Notes under the pieces: generated by a model
Databases searched by the model: none
Seen by the model: only the letters and a program-made list of their open reading frames with translations
Told to the model about the DNA's origin: nothing
Made by a program: the position numbers and the translations under genes
From: Actinomycetota bacterium
GTDB taxonomy: Bacteria > Actinomycetota > Coriobacteriia > Anaerosomatales > JAUXNU01
Direction of reading: 5' to 3'
Assembly (NCBI GenBank): GCA_030682655.1
Contig: JAUXNU010000112.1
Coordinates: 2,175-66,174 of the forward strand
DNA length: 64,000 nt
Shown here: positions 25,355-34,414 of the stretch, piece after piece
Numbering within the stretch: position 1 is the first letter of the stretch
Layout of the letters: the number at the start of each line of letters is the position of its first letter

Positions 25355-26350
25355 GTGGCCCGCACGCGCGTCATAGCCGATCCGATCAGATATGGCTTCG
25401 CGGTCGGCCGCGTCCGCGTTCTCGAGACGAGGTTGCTGAGCCGGTCTCACTTCGAGCGTCTGCTCGACGCCCCCTCCTTCGTCGAGCAGAAGCGCGTGTT
25501 GTCCGAGACCGTCTACGGGGGCTATCTCGAGTCGGCGACGACCGCGGACGACGTGGAGCGTGCGGTTGATCACGCACTAGCCGATGTCTACGAGGACTTC
25601 CTCGAGAGCGCGAACCTCCCGGCAAGCATGGTCAAGTTCTTCCGCACGCAGCACGATTTCGAGAACCTGCGCGGCATGCTCAAAGCGGAGGCTGTGGGCA
25701 TCCCAGCCGATGACCTCCTCAACGACCTGGGAAGCATACCTGCCGAGGACTTCCTGTCGGGGAATCTTCCGCAGCGGCTCGCGAAGATCGAGCGCCGCGT
25801 GCGTGCGAAGATCGAGCGCGACGACGAGACGCTGCCGGTCGACCTCGTGGATCCCGCCGTTGATGCCGAGATGTACGTGGAGATGTGCGAGGTGGCGGGA
25901 GAGTCCACGAGCGAGCACATACGTGAGATTGCGCAACTGGGGTCCGATTTGGCCAACATCAAGGCATTCCTTCGCACGCGGTCACGCAACATGCCCGTGG
26001 CCGAGGCCGAACGGTTCTTCGTACCGTGTGGCCATGTGCCTATCGCGAGGTTCATCGCGCTGTACCGGCTGCCGCTTGCCGATGCCGCTGCGCAACTGGC
26101 AGCGTTGCCGGCCCTGAGAGTCGCGGACCCGGCGGCGCTGCTGGATCCCGGTCGCGTCGACGTGCTGGTCGACGTTGCACTCGCGCGCGCACTGCGCGGC
26201 GCGCTCATGGTTGCGATCGGCCCCGAGCCGGTCATCGGGTATGTGTACGCGCGACGCGCTGAAGCATCGATGCTGCGAATGCTGCTCATTGGCAAGTTGT
26301 CCGGCGTGAGAACCGACGTGCTGCGCGCCCGGCTAAGGGACGTGGCCTGA
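25355..26350 (+). CDS. ntpC: V/A-type ATPase subunit C (d subunit)
   Basis: About 330-aa all-helical protein at the conserved position between E and F. YGFAVGRVRVLETRLL start is typical. Confidence 0.8.
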   Translation: MARTRVIADPIRYGFAVGRVRVLETRLLSRSHFERLLDAPSFVEQKRVLSETVYGGYLESATTADDVERAVDHALADVYEDFLESANLPASMVKFFRTQHDFENLRGMLKAEAVGIPADDLLNDLGSIPAEDFLSGNLPQRLAKIERRVRAKIERDDETLPVDLVDPAVDAEMYVEMCEVAGESTSEHIREIAQLGSDLANIKAFLRTRSRNMPVAEAERFFVPCGHVPIARFIALYRLPLADAAAQLAALPALRVADPAALLDPGRVDVLVDVALARALRGALMVAIGPEPVIGYVYARRAEASMLRMLLIGKLSGVRTDVLRARLRDVA

Positions 26351-26682
26351 TGTCTGCATCGGCGCAGATCGCCGTTGTGGGAGACGGAACGAGTGTGGCG
26401 GGGTTTCGCCCGCTGGGCTTCACGGTGTTTGCGGTGCGTGAGGCCGCCGACGCGCGTGGCCTGTGGCGAGACCTCTCGAGCGGGAAGTACGCGGTGGTGT
26501 TCGTGACAGAGCCCGTGTGGGATGCCATCTCGGACCTCGCAGCTGAGGTGCTCGACAAGGCGGTTCCCGCCGTGACGGTGATTCCGGGGGCGGGCAGTCC
26601 CGGAGGACTTGGACAGAAGAGACTCGATCGCGCCATCGAGCGCGCACTTGGAACGACGGTACTGATCCGGGAAGAGGACTGA
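26350..26682 (+). CDS. ntpF: V/A-type ATPase subunit F
   Basis: 110 aa, IAVVGDGTSVAGFRPLGF..VVFVTE pattern. ATG overlaps the subunit C stop. Confidence 0.85.
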   Translation: MSASAQIAVVGDGTSVAGFRPLGFTVFAVREAADARGLWRDLSSGKYAVVFVTEPVWDAISDLAAEVLDKAVPAVTVIPGAGSPGGLGQKRLDRAIERALGTTVLIREED

Positions 26683-26686
26683 GTTC

Positions 26687-28552
26687 ATGGAGCAAGGGAA
26701 AATCGTCAAGGTCGCCGGACCGCTCGTTGTCGCCGAAGGGCTCTTGCGCTCCAGGATGTACGACCTGGTACGCGTAGGGGACGAGGGTCTCATGGGCGAG
26801 ATCATCGAGATGCGTGGTGACCGGTGCTCGATACAGGTGTACGAGGAGACCGAGGGCCTCGGCCCCGGTGACCCGGTCGAGTCGACCGGCGCTCCGCTGT
26901 CGGTCGAGCTCGGGCCGGGCATGCTCGGAGCGGTTTACGACGGCGTCCAGCGCCCCCTCGACGCGCTCGAGGCGACGGTCGGCGCCTTCCTGAAGCGCGG
27001 CATCAGCGCCCCGGGTCTGGACCGCGAGAAGAAGTGGACCTTCCACGCGACGGCCAAAGCCGGCGACACGGTCTCCGAGGGTGACGTGATCGGCATCGTG
27101 CAGGAAAACGAGGTCATCACGCACCGGATCATGGTGCCGATCGGTCTGTCGGGCAGGGTTCAGCATATCGAGAGCGGCACGTACACGGTCGAACAGCCGG
27201 TGGCGCACCTGCTCGCCGGTGAGAAGGGCGAAGTCGATCTCACGATGATGCAGACCTGGCCGGTGCGTGTTCCTCGGCCATACAAGAAGAAGCTGTCGGT
27301 CGCCGAGCCGCTTGTGACCGGCACTCGCGTCATCGATACGTTCTTCCCGCTCATGAAGGGCGGCGTTGCGTGCATTCCGGGCCCGTTCGGCGCCGGCAAG
27401 ACGGTCACGCAGCACCAGATCGCCAAGTGGAGCAACGCAGAGGTGGTCGTCTTCATCGGCTGCGGTGAGCGCGGCAACGAGATGACCGACGTGCTCATGG
27501 AGTTCCCCGAACTGATCGACCCGTATTCCGGCGAGCCGCTGATGAAGCGCACGGTGCTCGTAGCGAACACCTCCAACATGCCCGTGGCGGCACGTGAGGC
27601 AAGCGTCTACACGGGTATCACGATGGCCGAGTACTTCCGCGACATGGGCTACAACGTCGTGTTGCAGGCCGACTCGACGTCGCGCTGGGCCGAGGCCATG
27701 CGCGAGATATCCGGTCGACTCGAAGAGATGCCCGGCGAGGAGGGCTTCCCGGCCTATCTCGGCACCAAGCTGGCGGCGTTCTACGAGCGGGCCGGCAAGG
27801 TCTCCACTCTCGGCGGCGCGCTGCCGCCGGGCAGCGTCTCGGTCGAGGAGGCGGCATCGGAGAAGTCCGTCGGCGACGTGGCGGAACCTGCGGCCAGGGA
27901 GGGTGAAGAGGATCACGAGCGCGTCGGTTCGGTGTCAGTCGTCGGCTCGGTCTCTCCTCCGGGAGGGGACCTTTCCGAGCCCGTCGTGCAGAACACCCTG
28001 CGCGTCGTGAAGGTCTTCTGGGCGCTGGAAGACCGTCTCGCGTATGAGCGCCACTTCCCCGCGATCTCGTGGCTCACGAGCTACTCGCTCTATCTTGACA
28101 AGATCACGCCCTACTGGCGCGAACATGTCGGGCCTGAGTTCCGGCTCCGCCGCGACCGCTGTATGGAGATTCTGCAGCGCGAAAGCGAGCTGGTCGAGAT
28201 CGCCCGTCTCGTCGGCGTAGAAGCGCTCTCCGTCGAGGAGCAGCTGCTCATGGAGACCGCGAAGTCCATTCGCGAGGACTTCCTCCAGCAGAACGCGTTC
28301 CGCGACGACGACCAGTTCACATCGCTGGCCAAGCAGAACAACCTGCTCCAGATGATCCTGCTGTTCCACGAGAAGGCGCTCGAGGCCGTGCGAAACGGAG
28401 CCTTGCTCAAAGACATCTTCGCCGCGCCGGTCCGCGAACGCATCACGCGGGCGAAGTACCTGACCGAGGAAGATGCGGGAGTATTTGCCGAGATCGCCTC
28501 CGACATCGAGACGCAGCTTGTCGCCGAGGGTGTCGAGGAGGGAGTCCGCTAG
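26687..28552 (+). CDS. ntpA: V/A-type ATPase catalytic subunit A
   Basis: P-loop GPFGAGKT, Walker B VVLQADSTSRWAEA, SPPGGDLSEPV. Carries the non-homologous region typical of A subunits plus an extra insertion (see findings). Confidence 0.95.
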   Translation: MEQGKIVKVAGPLVVAEGLLRSRMYDLVRVGDEGLMGEIIEMRGDRCSIQVYEETEGLGPGDPVESTGAPLSVELGPGMLGAVYDGVQRPLDALEATVGAFLKRGISAPGLDREKKWTFHATAKAGDTVSEGDVIGIVQENEVITHRIMVPIGLSGRVQHIESGTYTVEQPVAHLLAGEKGEVDLTMMQTWPVRVPRPYKKKLSVAEPLVTGTRVIDTFFPLMKGGVACIPGPFGAGKTVTQHQIAKWSNAEVVVFIGCGERGNEMTDVLMEFPELIDPYSGEPLMKRTVLVANTSNMPVAAREASVYTGITMAEYFRDMGYNVVLQADSTSRWAEAMREISGRLEEMPGEEGFPAYLGTKLAAFYERAGKVSTLGGALPPGSVSVEEAASEKSVGDVAEPAAREGEEDHERVGSVSVVGSVSPPGGDLSEPVVQNTLRVVKVFWALEDRLAYERHFPAISWLTSYSLYLDKITPYWREHVGPEFRLRRDRCMEILQRESELVEIARLVGVEALSVEEQLLMETAKSIREDFLQQNAFRDDDQFTSLAKQNNLLQMILLFHEKALEAVRNGALLKDIFAAPVRERITRAKYLTEEDAGVFAEIASDIETQLVAEGVEEGVR

Positions 28553-29998
28553 ATGGAACGCGAGTACATGACAACACGCGACATCGTCGGCCCGCTACTG
28601 CTGGTCGAGGACGTAGAAGGCGTCACTTACGGAGAGCTTGTCGAGCTCGACTTCCCGGACGGGACTCACTCGCTCGGGAACGTGCTCGAGGTGAACGGCG
28701 ACGTCGCTCTCGTGCAGGCGTTCCAGGGCACACAGGGCTCGAATCCGAGCGAGACAAAAGTGCGCTTCCTTGGCCGGGGCATGACGCTTGGCGTGTCGCG
28801 CGACATGCTGGGCCGCGTGTTCGACGGCCTCGGTCGCCCGCGCGATGGCGGCCCCGAGATCCTGCCCGACGTGCGGCTCTCGATCCACGGCGCGCCGATC
28901 AATCCGACCGCGCGAGACTTCCCTGACGACTTCATCCAGACAGGCGTCTCTTCGATCGACGGACTCAACCCGCTCGTGCGCGGGCAGAAGCTGCCGATCT
29001 TCTCGGCCTCGGGCCTTCCGCACAACCAGCTGGCGGCGCAGATCGCGCGCCAGGCAGCCGTTCTCCAGCGGTCCGACGACCCGACGAAAGTCGGTGCCAA
29101 GATGGAGGGCGAGTTCGCGGTCGTCTTTGCGGCCATGGGAATCACGTTCGAGGACGCCGACTTCTTCTCGAGCGAGCTGCGCAACACCGCGGCCATCGAG
29201 CGCGCGGTGCTCTTCCTGAACCTCGCGGACGACCCGGCCGTCGAGCGTATCGCGACCCCGCGCATGGCGCTCACCGCAGCCGAGTACCTCGCGTACGAGT
29301 GCGACATGCACGTGCTCGTCATTCTCACCGACATGACCTACTACTGCGAGGCGCTGCGGGAGGTCTCTGCCGCGCGCAAGGAGGTCCCCGGTCGTCGCGG
29401 GTATCCCGGCTATCTCTACACCGACCTCGCGACGCTGTATGAGCGTGCCGGCCGCATCAAGGGGCGCAAGGGCTCCATCACGCAGATCCCGATCCTGTCG
29501 ATGCCCGAGGACGACAAGACGCACCCCATCCCCGACCTGACCGGCTACATCACCGAGGGCCAGATCATCCTCGATCGCAACCTGCACCGCCGTGGCGTCT
29601 ACCCGCCGGTCGCAGTCCTGCCGTCGCTGTCTCGTCTCAAGCAGAAGGGCATCGGCCCGGGCAAGACGCGAGAGGACCACGCGGACCTCAGCAACCAGCT
29701 GTTTGGCGCCTACGCCCGTGGCATCCAGGCCAAGGAGCTCGCAATCATCCTCGGCGAAGCAGCTCTGTCCGAGTCGGACAAGGCGTTCGTTGCGTTCGCC
29801 GATGCATTCGAAGATCGCTTCATCCGGCAGGGCGAGCACGAGGAGCGCACCGTCGAGGAGACCCTTGCGATCGGCTGGGAGCTCGTTGCGCTGCTGCCTC
29901 GCAGCGAAGTCAAGCGCATCAAGGACGAGTTCGTCGAGAAGTACCTGCCCGTCGACGAGCTGGCAGAAGAGCCGGTCGCCGAGGAGGTCAGTGCGTGA
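28553..29998 (+). CDS. ntpB: V/A-type ATPase subunit B
   Basis: [69 protein letters not shown]. Confidence 0.95.
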   Translation: MEREYMTTRDIVGPLLLVEDVEGVTYGELVELDFPDGTHSLGNVLEVNGDVALVQAFQGTQGSNPSETKVRFLGRGMTLGVSRDMLGRVFDGLGRPRDGGPEILPDVRLSIHGAPINPTARDFPDDFIQTGVSSIDGLNPLVRGQKLPIFSASGLPHNQLAAQIARQAAVLQRSDDPTKVGAKMEGEFAVVFAAMGITFEDADFFSSELRNTAAIERAVLFLNLADDPAVERIATPRMALTAAEYLAYECDMHVLVILTDMTYYCEALREVSAARKEVPGRRGYPGYLYTDLATLYERAGRIKGRKGSITQIPILSMPEDDKTHPIPDLTGYITEGQIILDRNLHRRGVYPPVAVLPSLSRLKQKGIGPGKTREDHADLSNQLFGAYARGIQAKELAIILGEAALSESDKAFVAFADAFEDRFIRQGEHEERTVEETLAIGWELVALLPRSEVKRIKDEFVEKYLPVDELAEEPVAEEVSA

Positions 29999-30186
29999 CG
30001 CTGGCGCCCTGGATAGCGCTCTTTGTGCTCGTTGCGCTGCTCGGCGCGATGCAGGTCGTAGGCGTGCGCGCTCTCGAAGCGTGGGGCGTGCAGCCCTCGC
30101 GGGCAGTCGTGGCGCTTCGTGCGGTGAACTTCATGGCCGTGGTCGTGGTGGTCGCATACGCCGTGTGGTGGAAGGTGGCGAGGTAG
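29995..30186 (+). CDS. Hypothetical 63-aa two-TM protein wedged between ntpB and ntpD
   Basis: GTG overlaps the ntpB stop (GTGA). Its stop lies 1 nt before the ntpD start. Two hydrophobic helices ([31 protein letters not shown]). Could still be a chance ORF in GC-rich DNA. Confidence 0.4.
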   Translation: MTLAPWIALFVLVALLGAMQVVGVRALEAWGVQPSRAVVALRAVNFMAVVVVVAYAVWWKVAR

Positions 30187-30187
30187 C

Positions 30188-30832
30188 GTGGCGCAGTTGC
30201 GGGTGAACCCCAACCGCATGGAGCTGCTCAAGCTCAGGCGTCGCCGCGCCGTGGCCGAACGAGGACACAAGCTGCTCAAAGACAAGCTTGACGAGCTCAT
30301 GAAGGAGTTCCTTGGCAGGATCGGCCAGAGCCGCAAGGTGCGCGGAGCGGTCGAACGCGAGCTGGCGGGCGCTTACGGCATGTTCGCCATCGCGCGCGCA
30401 GAGGCAGGACGGGCGAACCTGGCGCAGGCGCTTTCCGCCGGACAGCCGGTGGGTCTTGTCGATGTCGTCGAGCGCAATGTCATGAGTGTTCGCATCCCGC
30501 ACTACACTCCGCTTCCCATGCCGCAGCCGGGCGGCTACTCGCTCGTCGCGACGCCGGTGGTGCTCGACGCAGCGCTCGATTCTTTGGCCGAGGTCGCGCC
30601 AAGGCTGATCGATCTTGCCGAGCGCGAGAAGGCGATCGAACTGCTCGCCGCCGAGATCGAGACCACGCGCCGACGCGTGAACGCGCTCGAGCACGTTCTG
30701 ATCCCGCAGCTGGCCGAGGCCATCCGGGACATCGGCATGAAGCTGGAAGAGGCGGAGCGAGGCAACCTGACGCGGCTGATGAAGGTCAAGGACATCATCG
30801 CTGCCCAGGAGGCCCGTGGGGCAGACCGATAG
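30188..30832 (+). CDS. ntpD: V/A-type ATPase subunit D (central stalk)
   Basis: VNPNRMELLKLRRRRAVAERGHKLLKDKLDEL and a C-terminal coiled coil. Confidence 0.9.
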   Translation: MAQLRVNPNRMELLKLRRRRAVAERGHKLLKDKLDELMKEFLGRIGQSRKVRGAVERELAGAYGMFAIARAEAGRANLAQALSAGQPVGLVDVVERNVMSVRIPHYTPLPMPQPGGYSLVATPVVLDAALDSLAEVAPRLIDLAEREKAIELLAAEIETTRRRVNALEHVLIPQLAEAIRDIGMKLEEAERGNLTRLMKVKDIIAAQEARGADR

Positions 30833-31047
30833 GCTCTCGTACGCTTGCACGCCGGAGCCGTCGGGCCGCCAAGGAAGGGGATCCATGTCACGCCGCCTCA
30901 CTGTGACGAAGGCCACAACGCAAAGAGCTAAAGCCCCCCTCTGAGCTGGCCGATAAAGCTATTGTCAGGATTCAAATGAGCCTCCTGACTTAGGGATTCG
31001 CTCCTCACCGTGGCGCCCCTCCACCAATCGGAGCTGATTCCGTCTCC

Positions 31048-31078
31048 GGACCCCGGCGTGTGAAGATCGCCGGGGTCC
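31048..31078. terminator. Perfect 11-bp GC hairpin between convergent operons
   Basis: GGACCCCGGCG-TGTGAAGAT-CGCCGGGGTCC. Lies between the ntpD end (30832) and the end of the cNMP-binding gene (31109). No U tract. Confidence 0.4.
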
Positions 31079-31108
31079 GAGCATTTCCCCTGGGCACGCG
31101 GAGTTGCC

Positions 31109-31600
31109 CTACGGCGTCGAGGCGAATGACTCGGGGTGGCGAAGCGCGCTCACCTCTGCGAAGACGTCCTCGGCCAGCTTCTCCCGAACGAGGAGCCGCT
31201 CGATGAGCGCGTCGGTCTTGCGAATCCGCTTGCTCATCCGCTCAAGGAACTGGAGTGCGATCTCCGGGTTCGCACGGATCCCCGCTTCGAGATCCTTGCG
31301 GGATACCTTCCGGAGCTGGACGTCGCCGACTGCGGTTGCAGTCGGCGAGCGACGCGCCACATCAAACAGCGCCATTTCGCCGAAGAACGCGCCGGGGCCG
31401 ATCTCGGCCAGCGGAGTCACGATCTCTTCCGATTCGTGCGTCGCCGTGCGCGTACGCCGGATTCGCCCGGATTCGACAACGAACATGGAGCGGCCCGGTT
31501 CGTTCTCGGAGAAGACAACAGCGCCGTCTTCGAACTGCTTGATTCGTCCGACATCCTCAAACACTACTCTGTCCACTCGTACTCGGCTTCCGTACCCCAA
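31109..31600 (-). CDS. Stand-alone cyclic-nucleotide-binding (cNMP/CAP-effector) domain protein
   Basis: FGEMALFDVARRSPTATAVG phosphate-binding cassette with the beta-roll upstream. No HTH or other output domain. TTG start preceded by GAGAGGAAG, 45 nt after the MrpA-like gene. Confidence 0.8.
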   Translation of the reverse strand: MGYGSRVRVDRVVFEDVGRIKQFEDGAVVFSENEPGRSMFVVESGRIRRTRTATHESEEIVTPLAEIGPGAFFGEMALFDVARRSPTATAVGDVQLRKVSRKDLEAGIRANPEIALQFLERMSKRIRKTDALIERLLVREKLAEDVFAEVSALRHPESFASTP

Positions 31601-31645
31601 GCAGGCGCTTCCTCTCGTCGGCAGTCGTGGCCGAAGAAGGCGCGC

Positions 31646-34396
31646 CTAGGTGATTCCCGCCATCGCCGTCAGGACGAAGACGAGCAGCATCGCAATCGCA
31701 ATCCCGACGTTGAGACCGATGTCACGCACATAGCGCTGGATGGCGAGGCGGGCGCTCGCGAGGCGCCTGTTGTCCATGTGATCGTCGATTATCCAGGGGA
31801 TGCGCTCCTGGATGATCGACTCGATCACGGTGGTGGCCGTGTCCGAGAGCCAGCCTCCCGCTCTCTCGATCTTGGTGAGGCCTCCTGCGCGGTAGGCCGA
31901 TACGACTTCTTGGCTTGGAACGGCCTGGCCGACACGGTGCCCGAGCCGGGCTGCCGCGAGCGATCCGGCCTGGTAGGCGGATGCGACTTCCTCTCTTGGA
32001 ACGGCCTGGCCGACACGGTGCCCGAGCCGGGCTGCCGCTTGCGATGCACTCCACGAAGGAATCGATTCGCGAATGAGCACATCGAATCTCTCTTTGGCCA
32101 TGATGTCGTTCATCTCGCGAGCTATCTCGCGCAGGATGTTTTCGCCTCTCATGCGCCGTGGCGCGAGTTCGAGAGCGAGGTCGGTGACGGGTTGCCGCCA
32201 CTTCTCCACGCGGATCATGGATTCGTTGAGTGCTACCCTGAGAGGCTCGATCCGACCGGTTCGGGCGAGCTCCGCCACCGCGTCGATTCGCTCGTCGAAC
32301 AGCCGGGTGGCCATGTACATGGCGGTATCGCGGACCGAGTTCACGTACTGCTGCCGAAGCGCCTCGTCCATGTCGCGGGAGTTCTCGGCCTTCATGACGG
32401 CGGCATCGACGGCATGCCGCACGGTCTCGTGACGCTCACGCTCGATGATGACGTACGCGGTCTCGATGAACTGCTGGTGTCGGAGTCCCGGTGCCCCTGT
32501 TCCGAGCGTCACGATCACCCGCCGCCAGTTTCGCTGGATTCGCACGCCATAGCGGGAGGTCATACGCAGCGTGCGTATGATTGCCCTTGACATGAAGCCC
32601 GTGTATGCCTCGTAGGACTGGTTGGCCGAAACGCAGAAGGCCAGGAATGCCCTTGCCGTGCGGCGATACCAGTAGTCGATGCTGAGCCACGCCGGGAAGT
32701 GCGCGTGGAAGAGCCCGAAGCGTACACCGACGATCACCACCGTTGTGCCTATTGCGAACGCGATGAGCACAGCCATCAGGTCCCCGCCAGCGAACAGCAC
32801 GAAGTGGTCCAGAATCTCAGAGTGCAGGCCCCATGTGTGCAGGCCGGGTGATATCACGCCCTTCAGCATCAGGTTCGGTGCGAGACCGAGGGCTACGATC
32901 GGTACCGCCAGTGCGCCCATCGCAACGAGCATCCGAGCAGGGGCGTCCTTCACGCCGGGGAACTCCTGCTTCGGTTTGCCAAGGAAGACGAACACGATGA
33001 GCTTGATGAACGAGGCCGCCGTTCCTCCGCAGGTGAGCACGAAGATCTTCTCGGCGACGGACAGCGCAGTAGCCTGTCTAGCCAGCCCCGTGGAGTGGGC
33101 CGCGTGCGCGAGGTGGGAGGCATGCTCGACCGCCTCGACGAGCCCATGGTGCAGGAGGGTCTTGCTGACGAAACCGTTGAACAGCGGCACGCCTGTGATG
33201 CCGCATGCCGCAATCAGCGTAAACAGAAACGTCAGCGGCATCTTTTTCCACAGTCCGCCGAGCTTGTACATGTTGAGCTCGTGCGTGCGGAAGTACACTG
33301 CTCCCACGCCAAGGAAGAGGCAGGCCTTGAATAGCGCGTGGTTGACGATGTGGTACAGCCCGCCAGCGAAGCCCATGGCCCCGTGCGCCCCAAGGTACCC
33401 GGCGACACCGATGCCGGTGATGATGAAGCCCATCTGACTCACGCTGTGATAGGCGAGCATCCGCTTCGCGTTCTCTTGCAGAAGCGCGAGCACCACACCG
33501 ATGAACATCGTCGCGATGCCGATCCAGATGACGGCGAAGCCCAGCTGCGTCGTGAAGTGCCACAGCTCCTCGGCCACCTCTTCCATGATCGGAGGTCGGA
33601 ACAGTGCTGTCACCACGCGGAAGATGCCGTACGCCCCTGCCTTGATCATGATGCCGGAGAGCAGAGCGCTGGCCGGAGAGGGGGCCACCGGATGCGCGTC
33701 AGGAAGCCAGACATGCACCGGCACGATACCCGCTTTGACTCCGAAACCTACGATCATGAGGATCGCAGCGGCCCACATGAGCAGCTCTTGCCCCTCCGCC
33801 ATGGGCACGGGTCCCAGATGGCCGGTCGAGCCGAGCCCGAATGTGATGAAGATGCCAGCGACCAGGGCGAACCCGCCCATCACCGTCATCCAGAGGTACT
33901 TGGTCGAGGCCTTCAGGGCCTCCGGCGTCTCGGTGTGGACCACGAGCCAGTACGCGAGAAGGCCCAGGGCCTCGAAGAACAGATAGAGAGAGATGAGATC
34001 GCCGGCGAGCACCACGCCCATGTTTGCCCCGAGTACGGCCAGGTTGACCGTGAAGTACCGGTCGCGCTTCTGCTCGTGCTGCATGTAGGAGCCGGCATAA
34101 AGAGTCGATGCCATCCAGACGAACGACGTGAACAGCGCGAAGAACATCCCGAACGAGTCGACCTCGAAGGTGATGTGCCCGAGCAGCACCGGGATCTTCG
34201 AGCCGACTATGTGGTGCTCCGCCACAAGCGGTATGAGTGCTACCGAGCCAAGGAAGGTGAGGCCCGTGACGACAACGGCGAACCAGTTCCGCAGCGGCTC
34301 AGAGCGACGACCGAGAGGTCGCGCCAGCAGCGCCGCCGCGAACGGCAACGCGACAATCGCCGCCGGAATCGCGCTGTATGTCACGTGGCTCTCCAC
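31646..34396 (-). CDS. MrpA/NuoL-like antiporter subunit (916 aa) with atypical long C-terminal extension
   Basis: Proton-pump core motifs (LYLFFEALGL, VHVWLPDAHPVAPSPASALLSG, HIVNHALFKACLFL). GTG 34396 follows AGGAGG. Residues from about 560 to 916 are non-TM helical sequence ending in a single TM helix. Confidence 0.8.
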   Translation of the reverse strand: MESHVTYSAIPAAIVALPFAAALLARPLGRRSEPLRNWFAVVVTGLTFLGSVALIPLVAEHHIVGSKIPVLLGHITFEVDSFGMFFALFTSFVWMASTLYAGSYMQHEQKRDRYFTVNLAVLGANMGVVLAGDLISLYLFFEALGLLAYWLVVHTETPEALKASTKYLWMTVMGGFALVAGIFITFGLGSTGHLGPVPMAEGQELLMWAAAILMIVGFGVKAGIVPVHVWLPDAHPVAPSPASALLSGIMIKAGAYGIFRVVTALFRPPIMEEVAEELWHFTTQLGFAVIWIGIATMFIGVVLALLQENAKRMLAYHSVSQMGFIITGIGVAGYLGAHGAMGFAGGLYHIVNHALFKACLFLGVGAVYFRTHELNMYKLGGLWKKMPLTFLFTLIAACGITGVPLFNGFVSKTLLHHGLVEAVEHASHLAHAAHSTGLARQATALSVAEKIFVLTCGGTAASFIKLIVFVFLGKPKQEFPGVKDAPARMLVAMGALAVPIVALGLAPNLMLKGVISPGLHTWGLHSEILDHFVLFAGGDLMAVLIAFAIGTTVVIVGVRFGLFHAHFPAWLSIDYWYRRTARAFLAFCVSANQSYEAYTGFMSRAIIRTLRMTSRYGVRIQRNWRRVIVTLGTGAPGLRHQQFIETAYVIIERERHETVRHAVDAAVMKAENSRDMDEALRQQYVNSVRDTAMYMATRLFDERIDAVAELARTGRIEPLRVALNESMIRVEKWRQPVTDLALELAPRRMRGENILREIAREMNDIMAKERFDVLIRESIPSWSASQAAARLGHRVGQAVPREEVASAYQAGSLAAARLGHRVGQAVPSQEVVSAYRAGGLTKIERAGGWLSDTATTVIESIIQERIPWIIDDHMDNRRLASARLAIQRYVRDIGLNVGIAIAMLLVFVLTAMAGIT
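31891..32052. repeat. In-frame tandem duplication, 2 x 81 bp, inside the MrpA-like C-terminal extension
   Basis: Units 31891-31971 and 31972-32052 share a 41-nt identical core (31917-31957 = 31998-32038). They encode AARLGHRVGQAVPREEVASAYQAGSLA / AARLGHRVGQAVPSQEVVSAYRAGGLT. Confidence 0.9.
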
Positions 34397-34414
34397 AAGA
34401 TCCTCCTTTGGGGC

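Noticed and set aside
30833-31047. AT-richer 215-nt stretch after ntpD as a possible small RNA or small ORF
   Set aside because: It contains only a 7-bp hairpin (GTCAGGA..TCCTGAC near 30964-30990) and a 5-codon ORF. There is no promoter-like element or recognisable RNA motif, so the evidence is insufficient.
31136-32590. 484-aa plus-strand ORF covering the region I call the novel MrpA-like C-terminal extension
   Set aside because: It also runs antisense through the cNMP-binding gene, whose domain is clear on the minus strand. Its product is D/R/H/G-rich with no hydrophobic core. The minus-strand frame is continuous with the pump core, has a balanced composition and ends in a TM helix followed by an RBS for the next gene.
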